Positions 41,548-53,078 of a stretch of DNA of 64,000 bases are shown here, piece after piece; position 1 is the stretch's first letter, and each line of letters starts with the position of its first letter. The position numbers and the translations under genes were made by a program. Location of the stretch: the NCBI GenBank assembly GCA_017481925.1, contig JAFUOK010000051.1, positions 15,311 through 79,310 on the forward strand, read 5' to 3'. The notes below the pieces were generated by a model. The model did not search any database. It saw nothing but the letters and a program-made list of their open reading frames with translations, and was not told the origin of the DNA. Source of the DNA: Alistipes sp. (GTDB lineage Bacteria > Bacteroidota > Bacteroidia > Bacteroidales > Rikenellaceae).

Positions 41548-43284
41548 ATGGCTTTTTCAGGTTTTTCAGATACACCCGCACCTCAAGCAAAAAAGGATCT
41601 TCCTCGCATCTCGGGCTCCGAGGCTGTGATACGATCGTTCCTGGCCGAGGGCGTGGAGACAATTTTCGGCTACCCCGGAGGTGCTATCATCCCCGTCTAT
41701 GATGCTCTGTATGACTATCGCGATAAGATAAACCACATACTTGTGCGTCACGAGCAGTGCGCTCTGCACGCAGCACAGGGTTATGCTCGCGCAACTGGCA
41801 AGACGGGTGTCTGCATCGTAACATCGGGTCCCGGTGCAACAAACACCGTTACGGGCCTGGCCGATGCCATGCTCGACTCAACACCCGTAGTACTTATCAG
41901 CGGTCAGGTGGCATCGAATACTCTCGGCACGGATGCTTTTCAGGAGATTAACTTTATCGAGATTACGAACTCCGTAACGAAGTGGAACTGCCAGGTCAAG
42001 CGTGCCGAGGATATCCCCGAGGCTATTGCCCGCGCCTTCTACATCGCTTCGAGCGGCCGTCCGGGTCCCGTGGTGATCGACATCACGAAGGATGCACAGA
42101 ATGGACTGATGGATTTTGAGTACAAGCCCAAGAAGTTTATCCGCAGTTATATCCCCTCGCACGCCATCGACAACGACCAGATAATGGAGGCAGCACGTCT
42201 TATCAACCTCTCACGCAAGCCTATGGCGCTGGTGGGTCAAGGTGTAATCCTTGGCGGTGCAGAGCAGGAACTCAAGGATTTTTTGGAGAAGAGTGGTATC
42301 CCCGCCGCAGCGACGTTGCTCGGCCTGTCAGCACTGCCGTCGGATCATCCGCAGTATGTAGGCATGCTCGGCATGCACGGCAACTACGCCCCCAACATCA
42401 AGAATAGAGATTGCGACTTGCTAATCGCTATCGGCATGCGATTCGATGACCGCGTGACGGGCGATCCCTCGAAGTTCGGTATCAACGCCAAGATTATCCA
42501 CATGGAGATCGACCCAGCCGAGGTGAACAAGCTGGTATATGCCGACGTAGCGGTTATGGGCGATGTGAAGCGCACACTACCAATGCTTACGGAGAAAATC
42601 TCGCAGAAGGATCATTCGGCGTGGCTGGACGAGTTCCGCGTATGCTACAATATCGAGCGCGAGGATATTATAGAGCCCGCCATAGAGCGCCGCGGGGCAC
42701 ACCTGCGTATGGGCGAGGTGGTAGATGCCGTGGCACAGCAGTTTGACGATGCAATCCTTGTCACTGACGTAGGTCAGCAGCAGATGTTCGCCTCACGTTA
42801 CTTCCGTTTCAAGCGCTCACGCAGTATCATCACTTCGGGCGGCTTGGGAACTATGGGCTTCGGACTGCCTGCCGCTATCGGCGCAAAGATAGGTGCTCCC
42901 GAGCGAGATGTATGCCTCTTCGTGGGTGACGGAGGCTTGCAGATGACCTCGCAGGAGTTGGGCACGATATACCAGTCGCAGGTGGGAGTAAAGATAGTGC
43001 TGATGAACAATGGCTTCTTAGGTATGGTTCGCCAATGGCAGGAGTTGTTCTACGACAAGCGCTACTCGTTCACCGAGCTGACCAACCCCGACTTCTCGCT
43101 GTTGGCAGCGGCCAACCGCATACCCTACCGTTGTGTGGAGCGTCACGAGGATCTGGACGATGCTGTCAAAGAGATGCGCGAAACAGAGGGTGCCTTCCTT
43201 CTTGAAGTAAGGGTGCAGAAAGATGAAAATGTATTCCCGATGGTGCCCGCAGGTCAACCCGTGGAGAAGATCAGATTGGAGTAA
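41548..43284 (+). CDS. ilvB: Acetolactate synthase large subunit
   Basis: FGYPGG, RHEQ, TSGPGATN, GMLGMHG, RFDDRVTG, GDGG ThDP motif. Confidence 0.96.
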   Translation: MAFSGFSDTPAPQAKKDLPRISGSEAVIRSFLAEGVETIFGYPGGAIIPVYDALYDYRDKINHILVRHEQCALHAAQGYARATGKTGVCIVTSGPGATNTVTGLADAMLDSTPVVLISGQVASNTLGTDAFQEINFIEITNSVTKWNCQVKRAEDIPEAIARAFYIASSGRPGPVVIDITKDAQNGLMDFEYKPKKFIRSYIPSHAIDNDQIMEAARLINLSRKPMALVGQGVILGGAEQELKDFLEKSGIPAAATLLGLSALPSDHPQYVGMLGMHGNYAPNIKNRDCDLLIAIGMRFDDRVTGDPSKFGINAKIIHMEIDPAEVNKLVYADVAVMGDVKRTLPMLTEKISQKDHSAWLDEFRVCYNIEREDIIEPAIERRGAHLRMGEVVDAVAQQFDDAILVTDVGQQQMFASRYFRFKRSRSIITSGGLGTMGFGLPAAIGAKIGAPERDVCLFVGDGGLQMTSQELGTIYQSQVGVKIVLMNNGFLGMVRQWQELFYDKRYSFTELTNPDFSLLAAANRIPYRCVERHEDLDDAVKEMRETEGAFLLEVRVQKDENVFPMVPAGQPVEKIRLE

Positions 43285-43304
43285 TAAGATTAAGCGATAA
43301 GAAG

Positions 43305-43838
43305 ATGGAGAAGGAGTTTATCATAACCATATTTTCGGAGAACAAGGTGGGTCTGTTGAGTCAGGTGACCACGGTCTTTACCCACCGCAACGTCAATATC
43401 GAGTCGCTTACGGCTTCGGAGTCGGCCATCGAGGGTGTGCACAAATACACCATCGCCGTGAAGAACGACGAGGAGAAGGTTGCCAACCTCGTGAAGCAGA
43501 TCGAGAAGAAGATCGATGTGTTGAAGGTCTTCTGCTACTCGCCCTCGGAGGTGGTTCTGCAACAGCTGGCACTCTACAAGGTGCAGCGCAGCCGCAACGT
43601 CGAGGATCTGGTGCGTCGCCACAATGTCCGCATCCTGGATATTCACGACGACTACATCGTACTCGAAAAGACGGGACACAAGGAGGAGATTCAGGAGCTG
43701 TATCAGATGCTCTCGCCCTACGGCCTGTATCAGTTTGTATGCTCGGGACCGGTAGCAATCATAAAGTCACGCAGAGAGTTGATGGATGAATATATGCAAT
43801 ACGTCGAGGAGCGTCGTAAGGAGGCCCTCGGCGAATAA
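43305..43838 (+). CDS. ilvN: Acetolactate synthase small subunit
   Basis: ACT domain EN..GLL..V...F..R.VNIESL; operon position. Confidence 0.92.
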   Translation: MEKEFIITIFSENKVGLLSQVTTVFTHRNVNIESLTASESAIEGVHKYTIAVKNDEEKVANLVKQIEKKIDVLKVFCYSPSEVVLQQLALYKVQRSRNVEDLVRRHNVRILDIHDDYIVLEKTGHKEEIQELYQMLSPYGLYQFVCSGPVAIIKSRRELMDEYMQYVEERRKEALGE

Positions 43839-43884
43839 CAATAACAGAGATATTTTAGATTATAAACTATAAAAATTTACAACT

Positions 43885-44931
43885 ATGGCACAGATGAATT
43901 TTGGTGGCGTTGTAGAGAACGTCGTAACACGTGAGGAGTATCCCTTGGCAAAGGCTTTGGATACATTGAAGGATGAGACTATCGCCGTTATCGGCTACGG
44001 TGTTCAGGGTCCCGGACAGTCACTCAACCTGCGTGACAATGGCTTTAACGTTATCGTAGGTCAGCGCAAGGACTCAAAGAGCTGGGATAAGGCCGTTGCT
44101 GACGGCTGGGTTCCGGGTGAGAACCTCTTCGACATCGAGGAGGCTTGTCAGAAGGCTACCATCATCGAGTATCTGCTCTCTGACGCTGGTCAGATCGCTG
44201 TATGGCCCACCGTGAAGAAGCACCTCACCGCTGGCAAGGCACTCTACTTCTCTCACGGCTTCGGCATCACCTATAAGGAGCGTACAGGCATCGTTCCTCC
44301 CGCCGACGTGGATGTAATTCTGGTTGCACCCAAGGGCTCAGGTACGTCGCTTCGTCGTATGTTCTTGCAGGGTCGTGGCTTGAACTCAAGCTACGCTATC
44401 TTCCAGGACGCTACGGGCAAGGCTTGGGATCGCGTAATCGCTCTTGGTATCGGTGTAGGTTCAGGTTATCTGTTTGAGACCACCTTCAAGCGTGAAGTTT
44501 ACTCAGACCTTACGGGCGAGCGTGGTACGCTGATGGGTGCTATTCAGGGTATCTTCGCTGCACAGTACGAGGTTCTGCGTGCCAATGGTCACACACCCTC
44601 GGAGGCATTCAACGAGACCGTTGAGGAGCTCTCACAGAGCCTTATGCCGCTGATTGCCGAGAACGGTATGGACTGGATGTATGCAAACTGCTCTACTACG
44701 GCACAGCGTGGTGCACTCGACTGGTGGACAAAGTTCCGCGATGCTACCAAACCCGTATTCGAGGAGTTGTATAGCGAGGTTGCTTGCGGCAACGAGGCAC
44801 AGCGCAGTATCGACACCAACTCTCAGCCCGACTACCGCGTAAAGTTGGAGGCCGAACTCAAGGAGATGCGCGAAACGGAGATGTGGCAGGCTGGAGCTGT
44901 TGTCCGTAAGCTCCGCCCCGAGAACAACTAA
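43885..44931 (+). CDS. ilvC: Ketol-acid reductoisomerase
   Basis: [34 protein letters not shown]. Confidence 0.97.
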   Translation: MAQMNFGGVVENVVTREEYPLAKALDTLKDETIAVIGYGVQGPGQSLNLRDNGFNVIVGQRKDSKSWDKAVADGWVPGENLFDIEEACQKATIIEYLLSDAGQIAVWPTVKKHLTAGKALYFSHGFGITYKERTGIVPPADVDVILVAPKGSGTSLRRMFLQGRGLNSSYAIFQDATGKAWDRVIALGIGVGSGYLFETTFKREVYSDLTGERGTLMGAIQGIFAAQYEVLRANGHTPSEAFNETVEELSQSLMPLIAENGMDWMYANCSTTAQRGALDWWTKFRDATKPVFEELYSEVACGNEAQRSIDTNSQPDYRVKLEAELKEMRETEMWQAGAVVRKLRPENN

Positions 44932-44942
44932 TTTTTAACTCT

Positions 44943-44979
44943 ATTCGGTTGTGGGCCCAGAGCCTGCAGCCGAATTTAT
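44943..44979 (+). terminator. Intra-operon stem-loop after ilvC
   Basis: 14-bp stem ATTCGGTTGTGGGC / GCCTGCAGCCGAAT with only a short T tail. Confidence 0.5.
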
Positions 44980-44993
44980 ACCCTTTGAAGAGT

Positions 44994-46490
44994 ATGAGCG
45001 AAAAAGTATATATATTCGATACCACCTTGCGTGACGCCGAGCAGGTACCTGGTTGTCAGTTGAACACCATCGAGAAGATTGAGGTTGCACGACAGCTCGA
45101 GAAGTTGGGTGTGGATATTATCGAAGCAGGTTTCCCGATCTCAAGCCCGGGTGATTTCAACTCGGTGGTTGAGATTTCGAAGGCTGTGACCAACCCCACG
45201 ATTTGCGCCCTTACGCGTGCCGTGAAGAAGGATATCGACGTAGCAGCCGAGTCGCTAAAGTATGCCAAGCGTGGCCGCATCCACACAGGTATCGGCACCT
45301 CAATGTACCACATCTACGAAAAGTTGCGTATGACGCCCGATGCCGTGCTGGAGCAGGCCGTAGAGGCTGTGAAGTATGCACGTCGCTTTGTGGAGGATGT
45401 AGAGTTCTACGCCGAGGATGCAGGTCGTACCGATGAAGAGTTCCTGGCTCGCGTGGTGGAGGCCGTCATCGCTGCTGGTGCTACGGTGGTAAACATCCCC
45501 GACACTACGGGTTACTGCCTGCCCAACGAGTATGGAGCGAAGATCGCCTACCTAAAAAATAACGTTCCCAACATCGACAAGGCTATCATCTCAACACACT
45601 GCCACAACGATCTGGGTATGGCTACGGCCAACACCCTGGCGGCCGTACAGAACGGTGCGCGTCAGGTTGAGGTTACTATAAACGGTCTTGGCGAGAGAGC
45701 AGGTAATACGGCGTTGGAGGAGGTAGTAATGGCCATCAAGTGCCACTCAAATCTCGACTTCGAGGTGGGTATCGACTCAAAGCAGATCATCACCACCAGC
45801 AAGCTCGTATCGAACCTTATGCGTATGCCCGTGCAGGCTAATAAGGCTATCGTAGGTCGCAACGCTTTTGCTCACTCTTCGGGCATCCATCAGGATGGTG
45901 TACTGAAGAGCCGCGAGACATACGAAATTATCGACCCAGAGGATGTAGGTGTAGATCAGTCGAGCATCGTTCTTACAGCCCGCAGTGGTCGTGCAGCATT
46001 GAAACACCACTTGGCAGAGATAGGCTACACTCCCGAGGGTGAGGAGCTGGATGAGATTTATCAGCGCTTCCTGGAGCTGGCCGACAAGAAGAAGATGGTC
46101 ACAACTCGCGACCTGGAGGTATTGATCGGCACCGCCGCTTCACGTCGTCGCATGAGCATACAACTCACAGGCTTGCAGATTGTCTGCGGTAAATCGACCA
46201 TACCAACGGCTACCGTGCAGATCAGTTTCGATGGCGACACGTTCACCGAAACGGCTTGCGGTAATGGTCCCGTAGATGCGGCTATCACGGCCGTGAAGAA
46301 CATCACCAAACGCCGTGTACACATCGAGGAGTTCCTCATTCAGGCCATCACTCGTGGTAGTGACGACTTGGGTAAGGTGCATATGTCAATCTCGCACAAG
46401 GGCAAGATGTACCACGGTTTTGGCGCCAACACCGACATCGTAACGGCATCGGTAGAGTCGTTCATCGACGCAATTTCAAAAATAGCATAA
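44994..46490 (+). CDS. leuA: 2-isopropylmalate synthase
   Basis: FDTTLRD.EQ, HCHND, GERAGN, HQDG, C-terminal regulatory domain GNGPVDA. Confidence 0.95.
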   Translation: MSEKVYIFDTTLRDAEQVPGCQLNTIEKIEVARQLEKLGVDIIEAGFPISSPGDFNSVVEISKAVTNPTICALTRAVKKDIDVAAESLKYAKRGRIHTGIGTSMYHIYEKLRMTPDAVLEQAVEAVKYARRFVEDVEFYAEDAGRTDEEFLARVVEAVIAAGATVVNIPDTTGYCLPNEYGAKIAYLKNNVPNIDKAIISTHCHNDLGMATANTLAAVQNGARQVEVTINGLGERAGNTALEEVVMAIKCHSNLDFEVGIDSKQIITTSKLVSNLMRMPVQANKAIVGRNAFAHSSGIHQDGVLKSRETYEIIDPEDVGVDQSSIVLTARSGRAALKHHLAEIGYTPEGEELDEIYQRFLELADKKKMVTTRDLEVLIGTAASRRRMSIQLTGLQIVCGKSTIPTATVQISFDGDTFTETACGNGPVDAAITAVKNITKRRVHIEEFLIQAITRGSDDLGKVHMSISHKGKMYHGFGANTDIVTASVESFIDAISKIA

Positions 46491-46493
46491 CGC

Positions 46494-47888
46494 ATGAATA
46501 CACTGTTCGACAAGATTTGGGATGCACACACCGTTCGCGTAATCGACGGCGGTTCGTGTGTTCTCTATATCGATCGTCAATATATCCACGAGGTGACAAG
46601 TCCGCAGGCTTTTGCGGGCTTGCGCCAGCGTGGTATCGAGGTTTTCCGTCCCCAGCAGGTGACGGCAAGCCCCGACCATAATATCCCCACAAAAAATCAG
46701 CACCTGCCCATCGCCGAGCCACAATCGGCCGAGCAGGTGGCAACGCTTGTGAGCAACTGCCAGCAGAACAACATCACCATCTTCCCAATCGGCGAACGAC
46801 GCAACGGCATTATTCACGTCATTGGCCCGCAGACGGGCCTTACACAGCCCGGCATGACCATCGTATGTGGCGATAGTCACACCTCGACACACGGAGCATT
46901 GGGTTGCGTAGCGTTCGGTATAGGCACGAGTGAGGTGGAGATGGCTCTTGCTTCGCAGTGCATCCTGCAATCCAAGCCCAAGAGCATGCGTATCAACATC
47001 GAGGGAGAGTTGGGCAAAGGTGTCTGCTCGAAGGATATTATCCTCTACATCATCTCGAAACTCGGCACAGGCGGAGGCACGGGTCACTTCGTGGAGTTTG
47101 CAGGCTCGGCCATTCGGACGCTCTCGATGGAGGCACGTATGACCATCTGCAACATGAGCATCGAGATGGGCGCTCGTGGCGGTATGATTGCCCCCGACCA
47201 GACCACCTTCGACTACCTCAAAGGACGCGAATTTGCGCCTCAGGGCGATGAGTGGGATAAAGCCGTGGAGCGTTGGAGCAAGCTGCGCTCGGACGATGAC
47301 GCAGTATTCGACAAGGAGGTAACATTCGATGCAGCCGACATCAAACCTATGATCACCTACGGCACCAACCCGGGTATGGGTATCGCCGTAGATGAGCATA
47401 TTCCCACCTCGGAGGGTATGGACTCCGCATCAAAGACAACTTTCAGCAAGGCTTTGGACTATATGGGCTTTGCCGAGGGTGAGAAGATGGCTGGCAAGCC
47501 CATAGATTATGTCTTCGTAGGCAGTTGCACCAATGGTCGCATTGAGGATTTGCGTGCATTCACATATTTCGTCAAGGGCAAGCAGAAAGCCGAGGGTGTT
47601 ACAGCGTGGATCGTACCCGGATCAAAGGAGGTTGAACGCATGGCCATCGAAGAGGGTTTGCGAGATATACTTCACGAGGCGGGCTTCGAGTTGCGCGAGC
47701 CGGGATGCTCGGCATGCCTTGCTATGAATGAGGATAAGATTCCTGCAGGCAAGTATTGCGTAGCAACGTCGAATCGTAACTTCGAGGGTCGTCAGGGCCC
47801 TGCGTCACGCACGCTGCTTGCTGGGCCTTTGGTAGCGGCTGCAGCGGCTATTACGGGCGTTGTAACCGATCCCAGAGAACTGATGTAA
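46494..47888 (+). CDS. leuC: 3-isopropylmalate dehydratase large subunit
   Basis: [42 protein letters not shown]. Confidence 0.97.
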   Translation: MNTLFDKIWDAHTVRVIDGGSCVLYIDRQYIHEVTSPQAFAGLRQRGIEVFRPQQVTASPDHNIPTKNQHLPIAEPQSAEQVATLVSNCQQNNITIFPIGERRNGIIHVIGPQTGLTQPGMTIVCGDSHTSTHGALGCVAFGIGTSEVEMALASQCILQSKPKSMRINIEGELGKGVCSKDIILYIISKLGTGGGTGHFVEFAGSAIRTLSMEARMTICNMSIEMGARGGMIAPDQTTFDYLKGREFAPQGDEWDKAVERWSKLRSDDDAVFDKEVTFDAADIKPMITYGTNPGMGIAVDEHIPTSEGMDSASKTTFSKALDYMGFAEGEKMAGKPIDYVFVGSCTNGRIEDLRAFTYFVKGKQKAEGVTAWIVPGSKEVERMAIEEGLRDILHEAGFELREPGCSACLAMNEDKIPAGKYCVATSNRNFEGRQGPASRTLLAGPLVAAAAAITGVVTDPRELM

Positions 47889-47910
47889 AACCGTAGAGAC
47901 GATAGAAAAG

Positions 47911-48495
47911 ATGAGAAATAAATTCACTACACTTCACTCGACGGTGGTACCTCTGCCGATCGAAAACATCGACACCGACCAGATTATCCCCGCCCGATTC
48001 CTGAAGGCGACTACACGTGAGGGCTTTGGCGAGAATCTCTTCCGCGACTGGCGCTACGACAAGGATGGCACGCCAAAGGAGGATTTTGTAATGAACTCTC
48101 CGTTGTATCGTGGTCAGATACTTGTTGCAGGCAAGAACTTCGGATGCGGATCGAGCCGTGAACACGCCGCCTGGGCTATCGATGGTGCAGGATTTCGTGC
48201 CGTAGTATCGAGCCATTTTGCCGATATTTTCCGCAACAATGCGCTCAACAATGGCTTGCTGCCCGTTGTAGTTAGCGAGCAGATGCTCTCGGCTATATTC
48301 CGTGCTGTGGAGGCCGACCCCAAGGCAGAGCTGCTTATCGACCTGCCCGCACAGACAATTGAATTGGTGGGTAGCGATTTCAAGGAGTCATTCGAGATTG
48401 CGCCTTATAAGAAGGAGTGCCTGATGAATGGCTATGACGATGTAGATTTTCTGGTGAGCATACGCTCCGAGATTGAGGCTTTCGAGCAAAAATAA
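47911..48495 (+). CDS. leuD: 3-isopropylmalate dehydratase small subunit
   Basis: [25 protein letters not shown]. Confidence 0.97.
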   Translation: MRNKFTTLHSTVVPLPIENIDTDQIIPARFLKATTREGFGENLFRDWRYDKDGTPKEDFVMNSPLYRGQILVAGKNFGCGSSREHAAWAIDGAGFRAVVSSHFADIFRNNALNNGLLPVVVSEQMLSAIFRAVEADPKAELLIDLPAQTIELVGSDFKESFEIAPYKKECLMNGYDDVDFLVSIRSEIEAFEQK

Positions 48496-48503
48496 GGACA
48501 ATT

Positions 48504-49571
48504 ATGAAAGAGATAAAAATTGCGGTTCTTGCGGGCGATGGCATTGGCCCCGAGATTATGGCCCAGGCTGTAAAGGCCGTAGATAAGGTTGCCGCAAAGT
48601 TCGACTATAAGATTACCTATACACACGCCGTTGTAGGCGCTGCTGCAATTGACGCCGTTGGCGACCCCTACCCCGAGGCCACACACCAGACCTGTAGGGA
48701 GGCTGATGCGGTACTGTTCGGTGCTATTGGCGATCCCCGTTTTGATAACAATCCCGAGGCGAAGGTTCGCCCCGAGCAGGGACTGCTGGCTATGCGTAAG
48801 AAGTTAGGCTTGTTTGCCAACCTGCGCCCCGTGAATACATTCCCCTCGCTGTTGCATCGTTCGCCGCTGCGTCACGATCTGATCGAGGGAGCCGACTTTA
48901 TCTGCATACGCGAACTTACTGGCGGACTCTACTTCGGTCGTCCGCAGGGTCGTTCGGAGGATGGACAGACAGCATACGACACATGCGTATATACACGTGC
49001 CGAGATTGAGCGTATATGCCGTTTGGGCTTTGAGTATGCCGCCAAGCGTCGCCGTCATCTGACCGTAGTAGATAAGGCCAATGTGTTGGCTACATCGCGT
49101 CTGTGGCGCGAGACGGCCAAAGCAATGGAGAAGGATTACCCCGAGGTGGAGGTAGATTATATGTTCGTAGATAATGCCGCGATGAAGATCATCCAGCAGC
49201 CTCGCCACTTCGACGTGATCGTAACGGAGAATATGTTTGGTGACATACTGACCGACGAGGCAAGTGTTATCACCGGCTCACTCGGTCTATTGCCATCGGC
49301 CTCTATCGGAGAGGGCACATCGCTCTTTGAACCTATCCACGGCTCTTATCCGCAGGCTGCGGGTAAGAATATCGCCAACCCCATTGCTACGATTCTCTCG
49401 GCAGCTATGATGTTCGAGTATGCATTCTCGGACATGGAGGCTGGCGCAGCAATACGCCGTGCGGTGGATCTCTCGATCGAAAAGAACATCGTAACCGAGG
49501 ATATTGCTCCCGCAGGCGTTAAGCCCAGCACCACCTCGGAGGTGGGCGACTTTATCGCAGCCAACATCTAA
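48504..49571 (+). CDS. leuB: 3-isopropylmalate dehydrogenase
   Basis: [39 protein letters not shown]. Confidence 0.97.
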   Translation: MKEIKIAVLAGDGIGPEIMAQAVKAVDKVAAKFDYKITYTHAVVGAAAIDAVGDPYPEATHQTCREADAVLFGAIGDPRFDNNPEAKVRPEQGLLAMRKKLGLFANLRPVNTFPSLLHRSPLRHDLIEGADFICIRELTGGLYFGRPQGRSEDGQTAYDTCVYTRAEIERICRLGFEYAAKRRRHLTVVDKANVLATSRLWRETAKAMEKDYPEVEVDYMFVDNAAMKIIQQPRHFDVIVTENMFGDILTDEASVITGSLGLLPSASIGEGTSLFEPIHGSYPQAAGKNIANPIATILSAAMMFEYAFSDMEAGAAIRRAVDLSIEKNIVTEDIAPAGVKPSTTSEVGDFIAANI

Positions 49572-49583
49572 CAGAGAAAAAGG

Positions 49584-50849
49584 ATGAACGACAAGAAAAA
49601 ATATTTCCCCGCACTCAACGACATAATGCACGCCGAGCATACGCTCAGCGAAATCCTCTCGCCCACGCCACTGATCCACAACCGTACGCTCTCGGAGCGC
49701 TACGGCGCGGAGGTACAGCTCAAGCGCGAGGACTTGCAGGTCGTACGCTCGTATAAGATTCGCGGTGCCTACAACAAGATTCGCTCTCTCTCGACGGAGC
49801 AGACCGAGCGAGGCATCGTTTGTGCCAGCGCAGGCAACCACGCGCAGGGCGTAGCATTCTCGTGTAATAAACTCGGCATCAAGGGTAAGATCTTTATGCC
49901 CGTGACCACCCCCAAGCAGAAGATCAACCAGGTGAAGATGTTTGGCGGTGAGGCCGTGGAGGTTGTACTCGCTGGCGACACATTCGATCAGGCCAATACG
50001 GCCGCTATCGAGGCGTGCGAGAAGGAGGGCAAGACCTTCATTCCACCCTTCAACGACGAGAAGATAATCGAGGGTCAGGGAACAGTCGGTCTGGAGACAT
50101 TGCAACAGAGCCGCACGGCAATAGACTACATCTTCGTCCCCATCGGTGGCGGAGGTCTGGCGTCGGGCATAGGTAGCGTGATGAAGCAGATGTCGCCCCA
50201 AACCAAAGTCATAGGCGTTGAGCCCGCAGGTGCAGCAGGCATGAAACTATCGTTCGAGCGTGGCGAAGTGACCTCGCTCGACCATATCGAGAAGTTCGTA
50301 GATGGTGCGGCCGTGCAGCGTGTGGGCGATCTAACGTTTGATGTGTGCCGCGAGGTGCTTGATGATATTGTGGTTGTACCCGAAGGTAAGGTCTGCACAA
50401 CGATTCTGGAGCTATACAACTTCGACGCTATCGTAGTGGAACCTGCAGGTGCATTGAGCATCAGTGCGCTGGATTACTACCGTGATGAGATAAAGGGCAA
50501 GAATGTGGTATGTGTGGTGAGTGGCAGCAACAACGACATCGTCCGTATGGAGGATATCAAGGAGCGCTCGCTGCTGTACGAGGGTCTGAAGCATTACTTC
50601 GTGGTTCGTTTCCCGCAACGTGCCGGAGCGCTACATAACTTCGTAACGAACGTTCTGGGCCCGCACGACGATATCACCTATTTCGAGTACAAGAAGAAGA
50701 CAAACCGCGAGAAAGGCCCCGTGCTGATAGGTATAGAGTTGCAAAACCCCGACGACTTTGCAGCCCTCACGGAGCGTATGCTCGCCAATAACATCGACTA
50801 TCAGTATCTAAACGCCAACCCAACGCTGTTTGAATTTCTGATCGGATAG
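49584..50849 (+). CDS. ilvA: Threonine dehydratase, biosynthetic (short form, one ACT-like domain)
   Basis: KREDLQ..RSYKIRG PLP lysine, SAGNHAQG, PIGGGGL, FPQRAGAL. Confidence 0.95.
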   Translation: MNDKKKYFPALNDIMHAEHTLSEILSPTPLIHNRTLSERYGAEVQLKREDLQVVRSYKIRGAYNKIRSLSTEQTERGIVCASAGNHAQGVAFSCNKLGIKGKIFMPVTTPKQKINQVKMFGGEAVEVVLAGDTFDQANTAAIEACEKEGKTFIPPFNDEKIIEGQGTVGLETLQQSRTAIDYIFVPIGGGGLASGIGSVMKQMSPQTKVIGVEPAGAAGMKLSFERGEVTSLDHIEKFVDGAAVQRVGDLTFDVCREVLDDIVVVPEGKVCTTILELYNFDAIVVEPAGALSISALDYYRDEIKGKNVVCVVSGSNNDIVRMEDIKERSLLYEGLKHYFVVRFPQRAGALHNFVTNVLGPHDDITYFEYKKKTNREKGPVLIGIELQNPDDFAALTERMLANNIDYQYLNANPTLFEFLIG

Positions 50850-50949
50850 GATTTTTCGCACGAAAAAGCAAAGATTAATATTTTTTTCTTAAATTTGTTA
50901 CAGAGTCTTCTTTCAAAGGGGGCTCTGTAAACATTAAAATAGTACTACA

Positions 50950-51324
50950 ATGAAATTTATCGGTAACATTATTTGGGTTCTCTTTGGCGGACTACTCATC
51001 TCGTTGGGCTATCTATTTGGCGGACTGATATTGTGCCTTACAATTGTTGGTATTCCGTTCGGTGTGCAAATTATGCGTCTGGGAATGTTTGCGCTGTGGC
51101 CCTTCGGTGGCGAGGTGCGGCCCAAGCCCAACGCCACAGGATGCCTGCAAATCATTATGAATGTGCTGTGGATAATCTTCGGAGGCATCGAGGTAGCGCT
51201 CTCGCATCTGACCCTTGGCGTAGTCTTCTGCTGCACAATCATCGGAATCCCCTTCGGTCTGCAACACTTCAAACTAATGCTCTACGCCGTTCTTCCCTTC
51301 GGCCACGAGGTTGTAAGAGAATAA
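50950..51324 (+). CDS. YccF-domain inner membrane protein
   Basis: Duplicated N..W..FGG / TI.GIPFG / PFG motifs. Confidence 0.9.
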   Translation: MKFIGNIIWVLFGGLLISLGYLFGGLILCLTIVGIPFGVQIMRLGMFALWPFGGEVRPKPNATGCLQIIMNVLWIIFGGIEVALSHLTLGVVFCCTIIGIPFGLQHFKLMLYAVLPFGHEVVRE

Positions 51325-51356
51325 AAAAATCCCGCTTAATTAAAAGCGGGATTTTT
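51325..51356 (+). terminator. Intrinsic terminator
   Basis: AAAAATCCCGCTT / AAGCGGGATTTTT. Confidence 0.8.
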
Positions 51357-51412
51357 ATTTACATACTAAACTGCATAGCAACCCATATCACATTTAGCTG
51401 CCATATCTCAAT

Positions 51413-51445
51413 AAAAAAAACCGCCCCAATTAGAGCGGTTTTTTT
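51413..51445 (-). terminator. Intrinsic terminator of the left susC-susD unit
   Basis: A8-CCGC ... GCGG-T7, 18 nt past the susD stop. Confidence 0.75.
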
Positions 51446-51462
51446 ATAGAATAGAACATTAA

Positions 51463-53058
51463 TTAGTTCTGCTCAGACTCATCAATCATGCTGTTGTTAT
51501 CGATCTCAGTCATAGGAATCTGATACAAGAAGTTCTTAGCATCCTGAGTCAACGCATACTTAGCACCTGAGAAGTGGTTGTTAGCAGCACCCCAAGTAGC
51601 ATCGGTACGGTCGATAGGAATGTTCAAACGACGGTTGTCAAGGTACTCAATACCCTCACCCCAGAACTCAACACGCTTCTGATAGTTGATCTCCTCGATC
51701 AAAGCAGCCTTTGAAGAGAAAGTATAAGCGTAGTTAGGATCACGAGTTACCATAAAGTCGTTCAATACATCCACTGCATCGTCGCTACCCTGGTGAGCCA
51801 AAGCCTCAGCCAAGATGAAGTGAGCCTCCTCAGAACGCAAGTAGATGTAGTCACCAAGGTGCCAATTCGCACCTGCAAGATAGGCATCATCACCCGATCC
51901 TACAACACGAACATTAGAACGGCCACCACCAATAAACTTACAGCTCTGATAGTACACATAAGCACCAATCATACCAAACTCAGAAGCTAACTTACTGAGA
52001 TTACGAGGAGTCCAGAACCAATCAAGACGAATATCGGTATCAGAAATACGATCTACGAAAGGCTTGAAACCAGCACGCCATACACCGATACCAGCATAGC
52101 CATCACCGAACATATCCATCTGTGAGAACCAAGACATATAGATACCTGAGTTATCAGCAGTAATGTCACAACCGTAAACGACGTCAGGAAGATTGATATT
52201 GCTGAAGCCCTGGAGAATATCATTACCGGTCAAAACGGGATAATTGTCAACAATAACCTGAGCATACTTAGCAGCCTCTGACCACTCATGCTTGATCATA
52301 TGAGCACGAGCAAGGTACATTGCAGCGAAGCTACCATCGATATCGGTAGGAGACGCAGTCTTAACCATACCAAATGACTCAAACAAGTCATAAGCAGTCT
52401 TCAAGTCACCCATCAACTGAGTGTAAACCTGAGCAACTGTAGAACGAGGCTGGTCACCGGTAAGAGTCTCAGTTACGATAGGTACGCAAAGAGCGTTAGC
52501 ATTGTCATACTGCTGGCCCTTGCCCCATACAGTATCGTCAGCACCCATATAGTAGGGAAGACCATACAAATAAGAGAGGTGGAGGTAAGCATAACCACGA
52601 ACTGCCAAAGCAATAGCCTTGTACTTCAACACATCAGGATTGACCTCATCCTCAGCAATTGAAGCAATAATCTGGTTCGCACTATCGATTAAACGATAGT
52701 ACTGACGCCAACGGTTAAGTGTTGCATTGTAATCCTGCTGCCAATAGTCAAACAGATAGTGATAGATAGACATACCGTAACGGCCTGTCATAATCATATC
52801 GTTACCCATCAAAGATGTCAAATAATCGAAACTCTTCTGACCGAAGTAGTTATGCTGCATATTTGAATAAACGTATGACTGAATATCTGAGTAAATACCT
52901 GCTACCTGTGCAGCGAACACTTTATCGGGATTCTCGGCCGCGATCTCATTCTTCTTATCAGGAGTCAGGTAGGCTGTCACCTCTGCATCCTCAACACAAG
53001 AAGAGAGGGTCGTAGCAGCAAGAGCTGCCATAGCCAACATTGAAATTATTTTCTTCAT
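51463..53058 (-). CDS. RagB/SusD family outer membrane lipoprotein (cassette L)
   Basis: Lipobox LSSC; RGYAYL.L, YLRSEE..F..AEA, KRVEFWGEG..Y.D..R, IP..EI..N. Confidence 0.93.
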   Translation of the reverse strand: MKKIISMLAMAALAATTLSSCVEDAEVTAYLTPDKKNEIAAENPDKVFAAQVAGIYSDIQSYVYSNMQHNYFGQKSFDYLTSLMGNDMIMTGRYGMSIYHYLFDYWQQDYNATLNRWRQYYRLIDSANQIIASIAEDEVNPDVLKYKAIALAVRGYAYLHLSYLYGLPYYMGADDTVWGKGQQYDNANALCVPIVTETLTGDQPRSTVAQVYTQLMGDLKTAYDLFESFGMVKTASPTDIDGSFAAMYLARAHMIKHEWSEAAKYAQVIVDNYPVLTGNDILQGFSNINLPDVVYGCDITADNSGIYMSWFSQMDMFGDGYAGIGVWRAGFKPFVDRISDTDIRLDWFWTPRNLSKLASEFGMIGAYVYYQSCKFIGGGRSNVRVVGSGDDAYLAGANWHLGDYIYLRSEEAHFILAEALAHQGSDDAVDVLNDFMVTRDPNYAYTFSSKAALIEEINYQKRVEFWGEGIEYLDNRRLNIPIDRTDATWGAANNHFSGAKYALTQDAKNFLYQIPMTEIDNNSMIDESEQN

Positions 53059-53078
53059 AATCTTTTCCCTGTTTAAAA

